From assembly GCA_046051185.1 (NCBI GenBank), contig JBJOOT010000002.1, positions 252 through 64,251 of the forward strand: a stretch of DNA of 64,000 nt, written 5' to 3'. Below are positions 43,071 through 53,525 of this stretch, one piece after another (the stretch's first letter is position 1; each line of letters opens with the position of its first letter). A program made the translations under genes and the position numbers. The notes under the pieces were generated by a model that had not been told where the DNA came from, did no database searches, and worked only from the letters and a program-made list of their open reading frames with translations. The DNA comes from Pseudomonadota bacterium (lineage in GTDB: Bacteria > Pseudomonadota > Gammaproteobacteria > Thiotrichales > Thiotrichaceae).

Positions 43071-43098
43071 GCCACTAGTTATGATTCAAACCTGCCTT

Positions 43099-43129
43099 AG
43101 CAACCAATTGACCCCAGTTGGTTGTTTTT
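43099..43129 (+). terminator. Intrinsic terminator after ftsZ
   Basis: agcaaccaattg-accc-cagttggttgtt followed by ttt. Confidence 0.65.
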
Positions 43130-43271
43130 AGCTATTAGTGAGTTTGGTTTAGAGTGTTTTATTCAGCGTAAGCTTAGCGAAATCTATTTAAAATGACTGT
43201 CATGAATTGTGATATGATCAGCGCCGTTTATTAACGGTACACGTGGTTATGGAAAAAATAGGGGCTGACAA

Positions 43272-44186
43272 GTGCTGAAACAAAGAACACTAAGAACGGC
43301 AGTGTCTTCGACAGGTATTGGTTTGCATTCTGGAAAGAAAGTAACAATGGTCTTGCGGCCTGCTCCTGTGAATACGGGTATTGTTTTTTATCGAACCGAT
43401 CTTCCTAATAAGCCAGAGTTACGTTTGCATCCCGAACGAGTGGGTGAAACGATGTTATGTACTGCTTTATTGGATGGCATCGTTAAAGTTGCAACGGTTG
43501 AGCATTTATTATCTGCCTTGGCAGGTTTGGGCATTGATAATCTTTATGTGGAGATTGATGCGCCTGAAATTCCAATCATGGATGGCAGTGCTGCACCCTT
43601 TTTATATTTGATTCTTTCGGCTGGTATTGTTGAGCAGAAGGTAGCTAAGCGCTTTATTCGCATCAAAAAGTCGGTTGAGTTTCGTAAAGGTGAGGCGTGG
43701 GCGCGTTTAAGTCCTTATGAAGGTTTTAAAGCCTCTTTTGATATTCAATTCAATCATCCAGCGGTGAGTGCAACTCGCCAAAGCATGGAACTCGATTTTT
43801 CTAAGCAAGCCTATGCGAGTGAAATAGCTCGCGCCCGTACTTTTGGTTTTATGCGGGATATTGAATTACTACGTTCAAAGAATTTAGGTTTAGGTGGTAG
43901 CCTCGAAAACGCTATCGTCTTAGATGAATTCCGTGTGTTAAACCCTGATGGTTTACGTTATAGCGATGAGTTTATTCGCCATAAAATTCTGGATGCTATT
44001 GGGGATTTGTATACTTTAGGGCATGGTATTATTGGCGCTTTTCATGGTCATAAAGCCGGACATGCGATTAATAATCTGTTAGTGCGTGAGCTATTAGCAC
44101 AAAAAGATGCTTGGGAAATGGTTTCTTTGGAAGAAAAGCAGCGAGAGCGTGCTATCTTCGCAGATGGTTATGCATTAGCAGTTTGA
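43272..44186 (+). CDS. lpxC: UDP-3-O-acyl-GlcNAc deacetylase LpxC
   Basis: [29 protein letters not shown]; GTG start. Confidence 0.97.
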   Translation: MLKQRTLRTAVSSTGIGLHSGKKVTMVLRPAPVNTGIVFYRTDLPNKPELRLHPERVGETMLCTALLDGIVKVATVEHLLSALAGLGIDNLYVEIDAPEIPIMDGSAAPFLYLILSAGIVEQKVAKRFIRIKKSVEFRKGEAWARLSPYEGFKASFDIQFNHPAVSATRQSMELDFSKQAYASEIARARTFGFMRDIELLRSKNLGLGGSLENAIVLDEFRVLNPDGLRYSDEFIRHKILDAIGDLYTLGHGIIGAFHGHKAGHAINNLLVRELLAQKDAWEMVSLEEKQRERAIFADGYALAV

Positions 44187-44626
44187 AATTGATGAGCATT
44201 CAGCGTCTTAGCTGAACTATTACCATGCGCTAAGGTGATAGCTATTAAAGCTTGGCGCAAACCTTCGTCTTGAATCTGTTGAGCAATACTTGTAAGCGTT
44301 TCAATAGTTTGTTCACTCATCGAGGTTCTGCCTGTTTTTCGCCCAGAGCTTGCCAGCGGCATAGCAATCAATTTAATATCCACACCATTTAGTTTAAGAC
44401 TCAGCTCTTTATTGAGATGATGGCAGAGTGTCTTCTGTGTAAAACGTGCTTGAGTGGCGAAATGCGGGTCGTCAGTGAGCACCAGCAAGCGTCGATTGCG
44501 TACCATAGGCCAAATGCGGTTCTCTAGGCGCATATTGGTATGTTGGCTAATCAATTGACTCAGTTTATCGAATTGATCCAGCCTTTCAGACAAACCATCA
44601 TTAATAAAGTAGTTGATTTTTCTCAT
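44168..44626 (-). CDS. Probable DUF721/DciA-family protein
   Basis: Antisense position between lpxC and M23/secA, ~150 aa, [16 protein letters not shown]; call rests mainly on synteny. Confidence 0.55.
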   Translation of the reverse strand: MRKINYFINDGLSERLDQFDKLSQLISQHTNMRLENRIWPMVRNRRLLVLTDDPHFATQARFTQKTLCHHLNKELSLKLNGVDIKLIAMPLASSGRKTGRTSMSEQTIETLTSIAQQIQDEGLRQALIAITLAHGNSSAKTLNAHQFQTANA

Positions 44627-44673
44627 AATATCTTTTTACATCAACCTGCACTACATCCAACTATTATAAAAGA

Positions 44674-45675
44674 GTGCTTAGTTCGCCTGTGGAGGCCTCA
44701 TCGGATGTTCGTCGCATGAAAGTTATTTGTATTAGTCGTGATGGTGCACGACGCGCCTCGTTTAGTTTAAACCCAATCACTCATTTAGTGCTCCCAGCTA
44801 GCCTAGTTGCTTTACTGATTATTGGTTTATCAGTGAATCAAATGTTAGGTTTATATCGCTTGGATAATACACCGCAATACAAGGCACTAACAGCTGAAGC
44901 AGCGGAGAAAATTATCTCAACGCTTGAGCAGCAGATGGATACGGTCAATGAAATCAAAAAAACCTATGCTACCTATACAGTTGATGTAGATACTTTGGCG
45001 GTACGCTTAGGAGCTTTAGAGGCAGAAATTGTCCGCTTAAATGCCTTAGCTAAGCGTGTGGTAACTCGTGCTAAATTAGACCCTAATGAGTTTTCCTTGG
45101 ATCAAGCTCCCCCTCGAGGCGGCTTAGATGAAGACTATACACCCTCTGCGACACCTAAGCTGACGACCCGTGAATTATTAGGCTCGTTTGAAACGATGGA
45201 AACGCAAATGGAGCAGCAGCAAGCTTTATTAGAGGGCTTATATCAAGTCCTTGAAGGTAAAGCTTTAGATGAGGTGGTCATGCCTTCTTCACGTCCCGTG
45301 AAATTAGGGTATATTTCTTCACCCTTTGGCTTGCGGCGTGACCCCTTTAATGGTGGTGCACGCCTGCATAAGGGGATGGATTATGCAGGGCCGCAAGGTA
45401 CTGATGTACATGCTGTAGCCGGTGGTGTCGTGTCTTTTGTCGGTAATAAAGGTGGCTATGGTCTGGTACTGGAAATTGATCATGGCAATGGTCTGCTGAG
45501 TCGCTATGCTCATTTAGAGCGAACTTTGGTTGAAGCCGGTAAAATCATTCAAAAAGCCGATCGAGTAGCTCTGTTAGGGAATACTGGACGCTCAACGGGG
45601 CCGCATTTACATTTGGAGATTCTACAAAACGGCGAGGCTATTGATCCGCAAACTTATTTAGGTTTAGCCGAGTAG
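44674..45675 (+). CDS. M23-family metallopeptidase with coiled coil; alternative start ATG 44716
   Basis: HKGMD (HxxxD), YAHL, GRSTGPHLH; upstream of secA. Confidence 0.9.
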   Translation: MLSSPVEASSDVRRMKVICISRDGARRASFSLNPITHLVLPASLVALLIIGLSVNQMLGLYRLDNTPQYKALTAEAAEKIISTLEQQMDTVNEIKKTYATYTVDVDTLAVRLGALEAEIVRLNALAKRVVTRAKLDPNEFSLDQAPPRGGLDEDYTPSATPKLTTRELLGSFETMETQMEQQQALLEGLYQVLEGKALDEVVMPSSRPVKLGYISSPFGLRRDPFNGGARLHKGMDYAGPQGTDVHAVAGGVVSFVGNKGGYGLVLEIDHGNGLLSRYAHLERTLVEAGKIIQKADRVALLGNTGRSTGPHLHLEILQNGEAIDPQTYLGLAE

Positions 45676-45716
45676 GAATAATTCACCGTATAGCCAGTTA
45701 ATAAGGCTATACTATT

Positions 45717-45759
45717 AGTCCGGCGCAATTCCTCTCTTAGGATTGCGCCGGACTTTTTT
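45717..45759 (+). terminator. Intrinsic terminator after the M23 gene
   Basis: agtccggcgcaat...attgcgccggact followed by ttttt. Confidence 0.85.
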
Positions 45760-45769
45760 GTCAATTGAG

Positions 45770-45797
45770 CTTGTTTTGTTTGGGCTAGCCCCCATAT
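45770..45797 (+). promoter_or_regulatory. Putative sigma32 (RpoH) promoter of secA
   Basis: CTTGTT-14 bp-CCCCATAT right after the upstream terminator. Confidence 0.5.
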
Positions 45798-45915
45798 TGG
45801 GGTGACAACTATGGCTGCGTCATCACAAGGGAGTGTAATCTCTGCCTTGTCGTTTGGCTCAGGGAATCGCCGGTTAGAGCCACTGGCAGGATGAGTTAGG
45901 AGAAAATAAGAGATT

Positions 45916-48618
45916 ATGCTGGGTTCTGTTGCTAAAAAGATTTTTGGTAGCCGCAATGACCGTCTGGTTAAAGGCTATGCAAAGATTGTTAAGAATATCA
46001 ATGCATTAGAAACTGATTACTCCAAGTTATCTGATGCCGACTTGCAAAACCGTACCGTAAAATTCCGTGAGCGCCTTGTAGCGGGTGCGACCCTCGATGA
46101 TTTGTTGCCGGATGCCTTTGCCACTGTACGTGAAGCTAGTAAGCGTGTGCTCGGTATGCGCCATTATGATGTGCAAATGATCGGTGGCATGGTACTCCAT
46201 AGTGGCAAAATTGCTGAAATGCGTACAGGTGAAGGCAAAACCTTAGTGGCTACTTTAGCGGCCTATTTGAATGCTTTGCCGGGTAATGGGGTACATGTTA
46301 TTACCGTCAATGACTATCTCGCGCAGCGTGATGCTGGTTGGATGTCTAAACTGTATGGCTTTTTAGGCTTAAGTACTGGCGTGATTATCAATGGCCTAAC
46401 GCAAGAGCAGCGTCGTGCGGCTTATGCAGCAGATATTACCTATGGTACTAATAACGAATTTGGCTTTGATTATCTGCGCGATAATATGGCTTTTTCTATG
46501 GGTGAGCGAGTACAGCGTCAATTATCTTATGCGGTGATTGACGAAGTTGACTCGATTCTGATTGATGAGGCGCGTACTCCACTAATTATTTCTGGTCCAA
46601 GCCAAGATGCTTCGGATTTGTATCGTGCGATTAATGCGATTGTTCCTGAATTAGATCGTCAAGCTGCAGAAGATAGTGCAGGTGATTATTGGGTAGATGA
46701 AAAAGCGAAGCAGGTTTTTCTATCAGAAGCAGGTCAAGAACGGGTTGAGCAGATTCTGAGTGAGCGAGGTGTGCTACCCGAAGGCCAAGGTTTATACGAT
46801 TCGGCTAGTATTGCCATACTACATCATTTAAATGCGGGCTTACGCGCCCAGACCTTATTCCAAAAAAATGTCGACTATATTGTACGTGATGGCAAAATCA
46901 TCATTGTTGACGAGTTTACGGGGCGTACTATGCCGGGGCGGCGTTGGTCTGACGGCTTACATCAAGCGATTGAAGCGAAAGAAAACGTCGAGATTCAGTC
47001 TGAAAACCAAACCCTCGCATCGATCACCTTCCAAAATTATTTCCGCTTATATAAAAAGCTATCCGGTATGACGGGTACAGCGGATACTGAAGCTTTTGAG
47101 CTGCAACAAATTTATGGCTTAGAAGTCGTCGTGATTCCTACTCATCGCCCAATGGTACGTAAGGATGCGAATGATCTGATCTATTTAACGGCAGAAGAAA
47201 AGTTTGATGCCATTATCGAAGATATTAAAGCCTGTGTTGACAAAGGCCAACCCGTATTGGTTGGTACGGCTTCGATTGACGCTTCTGAATTAGTATCGAA
47301 TAAGCTTAAAGCCCTTCGTATTCCGCATGAAGTGCTCAATGCTAAACAGCATGAACGCGAGGCACATATTATTGCGAATGCAGGTCGCCCAGGTGCTGTA
47401 ACGATTGCCACCAATATGGCCGGTCGTGGTACCGACATTGTCTTAGGGGGCAGCTATGAAGAAGAAATTGCGCAACTTCCTCCTGCCAACACCGATGAAG
47501 CCGCGAAGCAAAAAATCAAAGCGATGTGGCAAAAGCGTCATGATGCGGTATTAGCAGCGGGTGGTTTGCATATTATTGGTACTGAGCGGCATGAATCACG
47601 TCGGATTGATAATCAGCTGCGTGGGCGTTCTGGCCGTCAGGGAGATCCGGGGTCTTCACGTTTCTATTTATCGCTTGAAGATAATCTCATGCGTATTTTT
47701 GCTTCAGATCGTGTGAAAAGCATGATGCAAAAATTAGGCATGGAGAAAGGCCAAGCGATTGAGGCAGGCTTGGTTTCTAAATCCATTGAGAATGCCCAAC
47801 GTAAAGTTGAAGCGCATAACTATGATATTCGTAAGCATTTGCTGGAATATGATGATGTCGCGAATGATCAACGTAAGGTCATTTATGAGCAGCGCACTGA
47901 GCTGTTGATGGCAGACAATATTCAAGACATGGTGGCGTCTATTCGCCATGATGTTGTGGATGCTTTGATTAGTCGTTTTATTCCCGAAGGTAGTGTGGAT
48001 GAGCAATGGGATATTCCGGGCTTAGAAAAGCAGCTACAAGCAGATTTAAGTTTAAATATTCCTGTTCAACAATGGTTAGATGAAGATAAAAAGCTTTATG
48101 AAGAGCAAATCCGTGAGCGTATTCAAAAGCTGGTGAAAAATGAGTTAGAGCAGAAAGAAGCTCTAATTAGTGCAGAAAATATGCGCCGCTTAGAGCGTGA
48201 AGCCATGCTGCATATTCTGGATACGCATTGGAAAGAGCATCTTGCAGCGATGGATTATCTACGCCAAGGCATCGGTTTGCGGGGTTATGCGCAGAAAAAT
48301 CCGAAGCAGGAATATAAGCGTGAAGCCTTCGATATGTTCGAGGAGTTATTGAATCGCATTAAGCATGATGTGATCACTTTCTTAGTCCGTATCCAAATTG
48401 GTGAACCGCCGCCGTTGCATGAGACTGAGCAACAACAAGTGCAATATACCCATGCTGAGGCAGGCAGTGCTTTTGCAGAGGATGATGAAGTGGTTGATGC
48501 CTTTACACCTGCACCGAGTTCTACACCAGTTAATCCTGAGCCGAAAGTTGGGCGTAACGATCCCTGTCCTTGTGGTTCAGGCAAAAAATATAAGCAATGT
48601 CACGGGAAGTTAAGCTAA
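45916..48618 (+). CDS. secA: Preprotein translocase ATPase SecA
   Basis: [42 protein letters not shown] motif [18 protein letters not shown]. Confidence 0.98.
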   Translation: MLGSVAKKIFGSRNDRLVKGYAKIVKNINALETDYSKLSDADLQNRTVKFRERLVAGATLDDLLPDAFATVREASKRVLGMRHYDVQMIGGMVLHSGKIAEMRTGEGKTLVATLAAYLNALPGNGVHVITVNDYLAQRDAGWMSKLYGFLGLSTGVIINGLTQEQRRAAYAADITYGTNNEFGFDYLRDNMAFSMGERVQRQLSYAVIDEVDSILIDEARTPLIISGPSQDASDLYRAINAIVPELDRQAAEDSAGDYWVDEKAKQVFLSEAGQERVEQILSERGVLPEGQGLYDSASIAILHHLNAGLRAQTLFQKNVDYIVRDGKIIIVDEFTGRTMPGRRWSDGLHQAIEAKENVEIQSENQTLASITFQNYFRLYKKLSGMTGTADTEAFELQQIYGLEVVVIPTHRPMVRKDANDLIYLTAEEKFDAIIEDIKACVDKGQPVLVGTASIDASELVSNKLKALRIPHEVLNAKQHEREAHIIANAGRPGAVTIATNMAGRGTDIVLGGSYEEEIAQLPPANTDEAAKQKIKAMWQKRHDAVLAAGGLHIIGTERHESRRIDNQLRGRSGRQGDPGSSRFYLSLEDNLMRIFASDRVKSMMQKLGMEKGQAIEAGLVSKSIENAQRKVEAHNYDIRKHLLEYDDVANDQRKVIYEQRTELLMADNIQDMVASIRHDVVDALISRFIPEGSVDEQWDIPGLEKQLQADLSLNIPVQQWLDEDKKLYEEQIRERIQKLVKNELEQKEALISAENMRRLEREAMLHILDTHWKEHLAAMDYLRQGIGLRGYAQKNPKQEYKREAFDMFEELLNRIKHDVITFLVRIQIGEPPPLHETEQQQVQYTHAEAGSAFAEDDEVVDAFTPAPSSTPVNPEPKVGRNDPCPCGSGKKYKQCHGKLS

Positions 48619-49826
48619 TGGCCGTTAATTTAACCTTTAATGAAGATTTATTGCCGATTGCGGGTGTAAGTTTAGCCACATTAAATGCAGGTATTCGCTA
48701 TAAAGGGCGTGATGATTTACTAGTCATTGCCTTAGCTAAGGGTAGTTCCTGCGCGGCAGTCTTTACACGCAATGCGTTCTGTGCCGCACCTGTGACTGTC
48801 TCACGTGAGCATCTCGCTAAGGCTAGCCCCCGTTATTTATTGGTCAATGCAGGCAATGCAAATGCAGGAACAGGTGAGCGGGGTCTAGCCGCTGCTCAAG
48901 CTTGTTGTGTGGCCTTGGCAGAGGTCGGGGATTGTACTCCTGAGCAGGTGTTACCTTTCTCGACGGGTGTGATCGGGCAGCCCTTGCCCGTGGAAAAAAT
49001 CGTGGCGGCTTTACCAGCGGCCTTAGCTAATTTAAAGGAAGATAATTGGCTCGCAGCGGCTAAAGCAATTATGACTACCGATACCATTGGCAAAGCCATG
49101 AGTAAGCAAATTGAAATCGGTGGCCAAGCAATCAAAATCACGGGTATTGCTAAGGGTGCGGGCATGATCCATCCGAATATGGCAACTATGTTGTCTTATA
49201 TCGCGACGGATGCGCAGGTAGAGCAAACACTGCTACAAACTATCCTTAGTGAAGTGGTTGAAGAAACCTATAATTGCATCACCATTGATGGGGATACTTC
49301 CACGAATGACTCTTTAGTATTAGCCGCGACAGGTCAATCTGGGGTTGTGATTGATGCGAGCAATCGAGCGATCTTTCAACAAGCCGTGCAAGAGGTCTGC
49401 ATGTATCTAGCTCAAGCGATTGTGCGGGATGGTGAGGGCGCAACTAAATTCATTAGTGTGATCGTTGAAGGCGCTAAAGATCGTGCTGAGGCACGAGTAA
49501 TTGGCAATACCGTGGCTTTGTCTCCTTTGGTTAAAACAGCGATGTTTGCCAGTGACCCTAATTGGGGGCGAATTCTTGCTGCTGTCGGGCGTAGTCAGAT
49601 CCAAGCCTTGGATGTGAATGCGGTCACTATTTACTTAGGCGATACTTTATTGATTGAAAAGGGTCAGCCTGCGCCTTCATATCGTGAGGAGTTGGGGCAA
49701 CTCGAAATGAAGCGTGATGAAATCACCGTGCGGATTCATATGGGACGCGGTTCGGCCAGCGCAACAACTTGGACTTGTGATTTTTCGTATGATTATGTCA
49801 AGATCAATGCGGAATATCGCAGCTAG
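48618..49826 (+). CDS. argJ: Bifunctional ornithine acetyltransferase ArgJ; start MAVNL
   Basis: GNANAGTG, IMTTDT, KGAGMIHPNMATML, DGDTSTND, INAEYRS. Confidence 0.96.
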   Translation: MAVNLTFNEDLLPIAGVSLATLNAGIRYKGRDDLLVIALAKGSSCAAVFTRNAFCAAPVTVSREHLAKASPRYLLVNAGNANAGTGERGLAAAQACCVALAEVGDCTPEQVLPFSTGVIGQPLPVEKIVAALPAALANLKEDNWLAAAKAIMTTDTIGKAMSKQIEIGGQAIKITGIAKGAGMIHPNMATMLSYIATDAQVEQTLLQTILSEVVEETYNCITIDGDTSTNDSLVLAATGQSGVVIDASNRAIFQQAVQEVCMYLAQAIVRDGEGATKFISVIVEGAKDRAEARVIGNTVALSPLVKTAMFASDPNWGRILAAVGRSQIQALDVNAVTIYLGDTLLIEKGQPAPSYREELGQLEMKRDEITVRIHMGRGSASATTWTCDFSYDYVKINAEYRS

Positions 49827-49828
49827 TC

Positions 49829-50257
49829 ATGACTGAAACACCTTGGCTTCATGTAGTTGCGGCGGTTATTTATAATCGCTGCTATCAAATTCTGCTCGCA
49901 AAGCGCCCATTAGACAAGCATCAGGGCGGGAAATGGGAGTTTCCGGGCGGAAAAGTAGATGCAAATGAAACGGCCACAACTGCTTTGCAGCGCGAATTAT
50001 TTGAAGAGCTTGGTATTGAGATTGAGCTAAGCTCGATACAGCCTTTGCTTGAAATTAAACATGCTTATCCAGATAAAAATATCTGGCTAGATGTTTGGAC
50101 GGTTCATCAATTTCAACATGAACCTATTGGGCGAGAGGGGCAAACTATTGCTTGGTTTGAATTAGAGCAGCTGGAAAACTTAGATTTTCCGGCTGCTAAT
50201 AGGCCAATTTTACAAAAACTATTCAGTCAAAATAGCGAGCTAGGTAAAGATAAATAA
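49829..50257 (+). CDS. mutT: 8-oxo-dGTP diphosphatase MutT
   Basis: HQGGKWEFPGGK...RELFEELG Nudix box, FPAAN; secA-argJ-mutT order. Confidence 0.9.
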   Translation: MTETPWLHVVAAVIYNRCYQILLAKRPLDKHQGGKWEFPGGKVDANETATTALQRELFEELGIEIELSSIQPLLEIKHAYPDKNIWLDVWTVHQFQHEPIGREGQTIAWFELEQLENLDFPAANRPILQKLFSQNSELGKDK

Positions 50258-50258
50258 T

Positions 50259-50468
50259 TCACGCATTCATGTCAGGAATTAACTGACTACTGATTTTTTG
50301 GATCATATCTTTTAAAAGCAATTTACGCTTTTTCATGCGTGACAGCATAAATTCATCACTGTTTGGACTTGCCCGCAAAGCCTCAATCGCAGTATCAAGA
50401 TCACGATGCTCTTGGCGTAAATCAAATAGTTTTTGGCGGAGCAAATGCTCATCTTCTAGGCTTAGCAT
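50259..50468 (-). CDS. DUF465/YdcH-family small coiled-coil protein
   Basis: EHRDLDTAI...RMKKRKLLLKD...LIPD. Confidence 0.8.
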   Translation of the reverse strand: MLSLEDEHLLRQKLFDLRQEHRDLDTAIEALRASPNSDEFMLSRMKKRKLLLKDMIQKISSQLIPDMNA

Positions 50469-50479
50469 GGTGATATAGG

Positions 50480-51961
50480 CTATTTGACTAAGTTCCGACG
50501 CTTTTCTTTATAGCGAATCACGACTTTTTTATCAGCAGTGGTCGCTTGCTTGGGCACATAGTCTTGTTTTTCCCAGCTTCCAATTTCATAACCTGCATCA
50601 GCGGCTTGTTGACCCGCACCTTGTTTACGCTGTGCCCCCCCATTTAAACGCCCATAAGGGCCTTTACGTCCACGTTGTTTGTCGTCGGTTGTCGCAGGGC
50701 GGGTTGTTGTAGTTGTGCCATTATTACTCGGTTTGCCACGTCCATTGGCTGGCCGATTGGCCTTCTCTCCATTAGCTGGATTCCGAGGATGATTACCGGG
50801 TTTACGAGCATTAGTCCGTGTATTAGGTTTAGCGCTATTACGATTCGTTTGTTTCGGTTCTAAGCCCGGAATGGTGCGCTGATTAATTGGCTCTCCTTGA
50901 AACTCTTCAATTTTTTTCAAGCAGTCGCGATCACTCGGCCCTGTTAATAAAATAATTGGCTCTTGGCGCTCTGTACCTAAAACACTTTGTAAGCGATTGA
51001 GATAGGTATCAGTTTTTTCAGGTAGCTCAAAGTGAATCACAGGCTCATGGCCATTCAATTCAGGGATAAAATCCTCTTGGTCAGGCACGATCAGAATAGG
51101 GCAGGCCTCTAAATTGCGCTCTTCGTCCGGTAAGAGATGGGTTGAATCTGCCGTATGTCCATGATTAGCTAAATTATCGGCTAGGGTCTTTGCAGTTTTA
51201 CTGGTCACGGTAAAGATAACAGTGGGCTTGCCTTTTAAGTTATCTAAAATGTAATCAACCAATGCTAATTTATGGGTGTAGTCATCGGCTTGATGGACTG
51301 TTTGTGGCAAGCGTAACAGCTGAGATTTTTCATCCTCAATTGTAATTTCTTCACAATTCGGTAGCAGATTACGGGCATAGGGCGTCACTTCTTCATCATG
51401 ACGCACAAAAGCAATGACCGGCGCATCCGCTGGTTTTTGCTGCATAATTCGATCTACTAAACTATGTAAACCCTTTTTATGGATCGCGGTCAGATCGTCA
51501 ATAATCAGTAATTCAATATGTGAGAAGTCAGCTTTATTATTATCCACTAAATCATTTAAGCGTCCGGGGGTTGCGATCATTAAATCGAGTGGACGGCGCA
51601 ATAAGCGCATTTGCGGTTGATAAGGGCGACCACTGACAATAAAGCCAGTACGAATCTGCTGACCTTCACCGAGTAAGCGCTTAATGGTGTAAGTGATTTG
51701 ATTGACTCGATCACGGCGCGAGGTGAGCACAAGAATACGCGCCCCCTGATGCTCAGTCAGTGGATGGTTAAAAATATAATTAATGGCCGGAATTAAAAAA
51801 GCACCCGTTTTACCCGCTGCGGATTGAGTCCAAACAATAGCACTCTTACGCTGTGCCATTAAAGGAATAAGCTGTTGTTGTAATTCTGTTGGGGTCTCAT
51901 AGCCTGCTGCGTCGATATTATCGGCGAAAGCACCCTGTAGACCTAAATCAATAAATGACAA
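50480..51961 (-). CDS. DEAD-box RNA helicase-like protein with degenerate catalytic motifs
   Basis: Q motif (F..LGL...GYETPTELQ), AGKT and ATPGRL kept; DEAD, SAT and motif VI lost. Confidence 0.75.
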   Translation of the reverse strand: MSFIDLGLQGAFADNIDAAGYETPTELQQQLIPLMAQRKSAIVWTQSAAGKTGAFLIPAINYIFNHPLTEHQGARILVLTSRRDRVNQITYTIKRLLGEGQQIRTGFIVSGRPYQPQMRLLRRPLDLMIATPGRLNDLVDNNKADFSHIELLIIDDLTAIHKKGLHSLVDRIMQQKPADAPVIAFVRHDEEVTPYARNLLPNCEEITIEDEKSQLLRLPQTVHQADDYTHKLALVDYILDNLKGKPTVIFTVTSKTAKTLADNLANHGHTADSTHLLPDEERNLEACPILIVPDQEDFIPELNGHEPVIHFELPEKTDTYLNRLQSVLGTERQEPIILLTGPSDRDCLKKIEEFQGEPINQRTIPGLEPKQTNRNSAKPNTRTNARKPGNHPRNPANGEKANRPANGRGKPSNNGTTTTTRPATTDDKQRGRKGPYGRLNGGAQRKQGAGQQAADAGYEIGSWEKQDYVPKQATTADKKVVIRYKEKRRNLVK

Positions 51962-52163
51962 GATAAAACTCCCTGGCTGAACAAGCAGGCAAGTGATCCA
52001 TAACTTACTTCTTCATGAACATATGAATAAGGCGATTGTGGCAAAGAAACCTATTAGGGCGGATCAAACCGAATTTGTGAGTAAAATTACGCCCCAGAAT
52101 GTTCATAAAGCTATTATATATGTGGTTTTGAGTCAACAATTATGCGCTTGGCGTGTTGTATTT

Positions 52164-53525
52164 TTACATCAATGCCGCCATCGCCTCCTCTAATCGAGCC
52201 ACTGCAGTGACTTTCATGCCTTGAATAGCATGGTGTGGTTTATTGGCTTTGGGCACAATAGCTTGTTTAAAACCATGCTTAGCAGCCTCTCTCAATCGCT
52301 CTTCGCCATTTGGAACAGGGCGAATTTCACCTGCTAAACCCACTTCACCAAAAATCACCACCTCGGCCGGTAAAGGTCTGCTTCGAAAACTAGACAGCGC
52401 GGCCAGTAACAATGGTAAATCAGCCGCAGTTTCTGAAATCTTAACACCGCCTACAATATTAATAAAAACATCCTGATCATACATGGAGATTCCACCATGT
52501 CGATGTAACACAGCCAACAACATGGCTAAGCGGTTTTGCTCCATCCCCAAGGTTACACGGCGGGCATGACCAGCATGGCTGGTATCAACTAACGCTTGTA
52601 CTTCCACTAATAAGGGGCGCGTACCCTCCCGTGTTACCATGATTGCACTACCAGAGACAGGCTCTTCATGCCGAGAGAGGAAAATAGCCGACGGATTGCT
52701 AACTCCCTTCAAACCTTGCTCAGTCATAGCAAACACACCAAGTTCATTGACTGCACCAAAGCGATTCTTCACCGCTCGCAAAATTCGATAACGTCCACCG
52801 GGGTCGCCTTCAAAATACAAGACAGTATCCACCATATGCTCAAGGACGCGAGGGCCAGCTAGAGTACCTTCTTTGGTCACATGACCCACTATAAAGAGTG
52901 TAGTTTGAGTTTGCTTAGCAAAGCGAACTAATTGTGCAGCGGATTCTCGAATTTGACTGACTGAACCGGGAGCTGATTGTAATTGTTCGGTGTAAAGGGT
53001 TTGAATAGAGTCAATCACCATAACTTGTGGCTTTTCAGCCTGTGCTAAGGCTAACACCGTTTCGACTCCTGTTTCGGTCAGTAAACGTAAATGCTCAGCA
53101 TTTAAGCCTAGCCGTCTAGCACGTAAGCTGACTTGTTGGAGTGATTCCTCACCAGTCACATACAGACTACGAATTTGCGGAAGATCACAGAGGGTTTGCA
53201 GCAAAATCGTTGATTTACCAATCCCAGGGTCGCCGCCAATGAGCACAACCGAGCCTGCTACTAATCCTCCCCCTAAGACCCGATCTAATTCCTGTACTCC
53301 AGTGGGGGTACGCGGGTCTTCTTGGACATGAATTTCCTTAAGGCTACGAATACTGGCAGCTTCGCCCGCATAACCCGTAAAGCGTGGGTTTTTAGGGGTT
53401 GAGCTAGGTGTCACTATGCTTTCTTCTAAAGTATTCCAAGCACCACAATCAGAGCATTGACCATTCCATTTACTGTGTACACTGCCACAAGCACTGCAGT
53501 AATACTGCAGTTTATTTTTTGCCAT
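52164..53525 (-). CDS. radA: DNA repair protein RadA/Sms
   Basis: CxxC...CxxC zinc finger, GDPGIGKST, KNRFG, GEVGLAGEIR. Confidence 0.97.
   Translation of the reverse strand: MAKNKLQYYCSACGSVHSKWNGQCSDCGAWNTLEESIVTPSSTPKNPRFTGYAGEAASIRSLKEIHVQEDPRTPTGVQELDRVLGGGLVAGSVVLIGGDPGIGKSTILLQTLCDLPQIRSLYVTGEESLQQVSLRARRLGLNAEHLRLLTETGVETVLALAQAEKPQVMVIDSIQTLYTEQLQSAPGSVSQIRESAAQLVRFAKQTQTTLFIVGHVTKEGTLAGPRVLEHMVDTVLYFEGDPGGRYRILRAVKNRFGAVNELGVFAMTEQGLKGVSNPSAIFLSRHEEPVSGSAIMVTREGTRPLLVEVQALVDTSHAGHARRVTLGMEQNRLAMLLAVLHRHGGISMYDQDVFINIVGGVKISETAADLPLLLAALSSFRSRPLPAEVVIFGEVGLAGEIRPVPNGEERLREAAKHGFKQAIVPKANKPHHAIQGMKVTAVARLEEAMAALM

Noticed and set aside
45800-45900. 6S RNA-like fragment (minus strand ttccctgagcc)
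   Set aside because: The rest of the 6S conserved core and the usual zapA/ygfA context are absent.
26749-49604. Many short overlapping ORFs within dcw, secA and argJ genes
   Set aside because: Antisense or off-frame shadows of well-conserved genes, with no motifs.
50480-51961. Helicase pseudogene
   Set aside because: No frameshift or internal stop across 493 codons; reported as a degenerate CDS instead.
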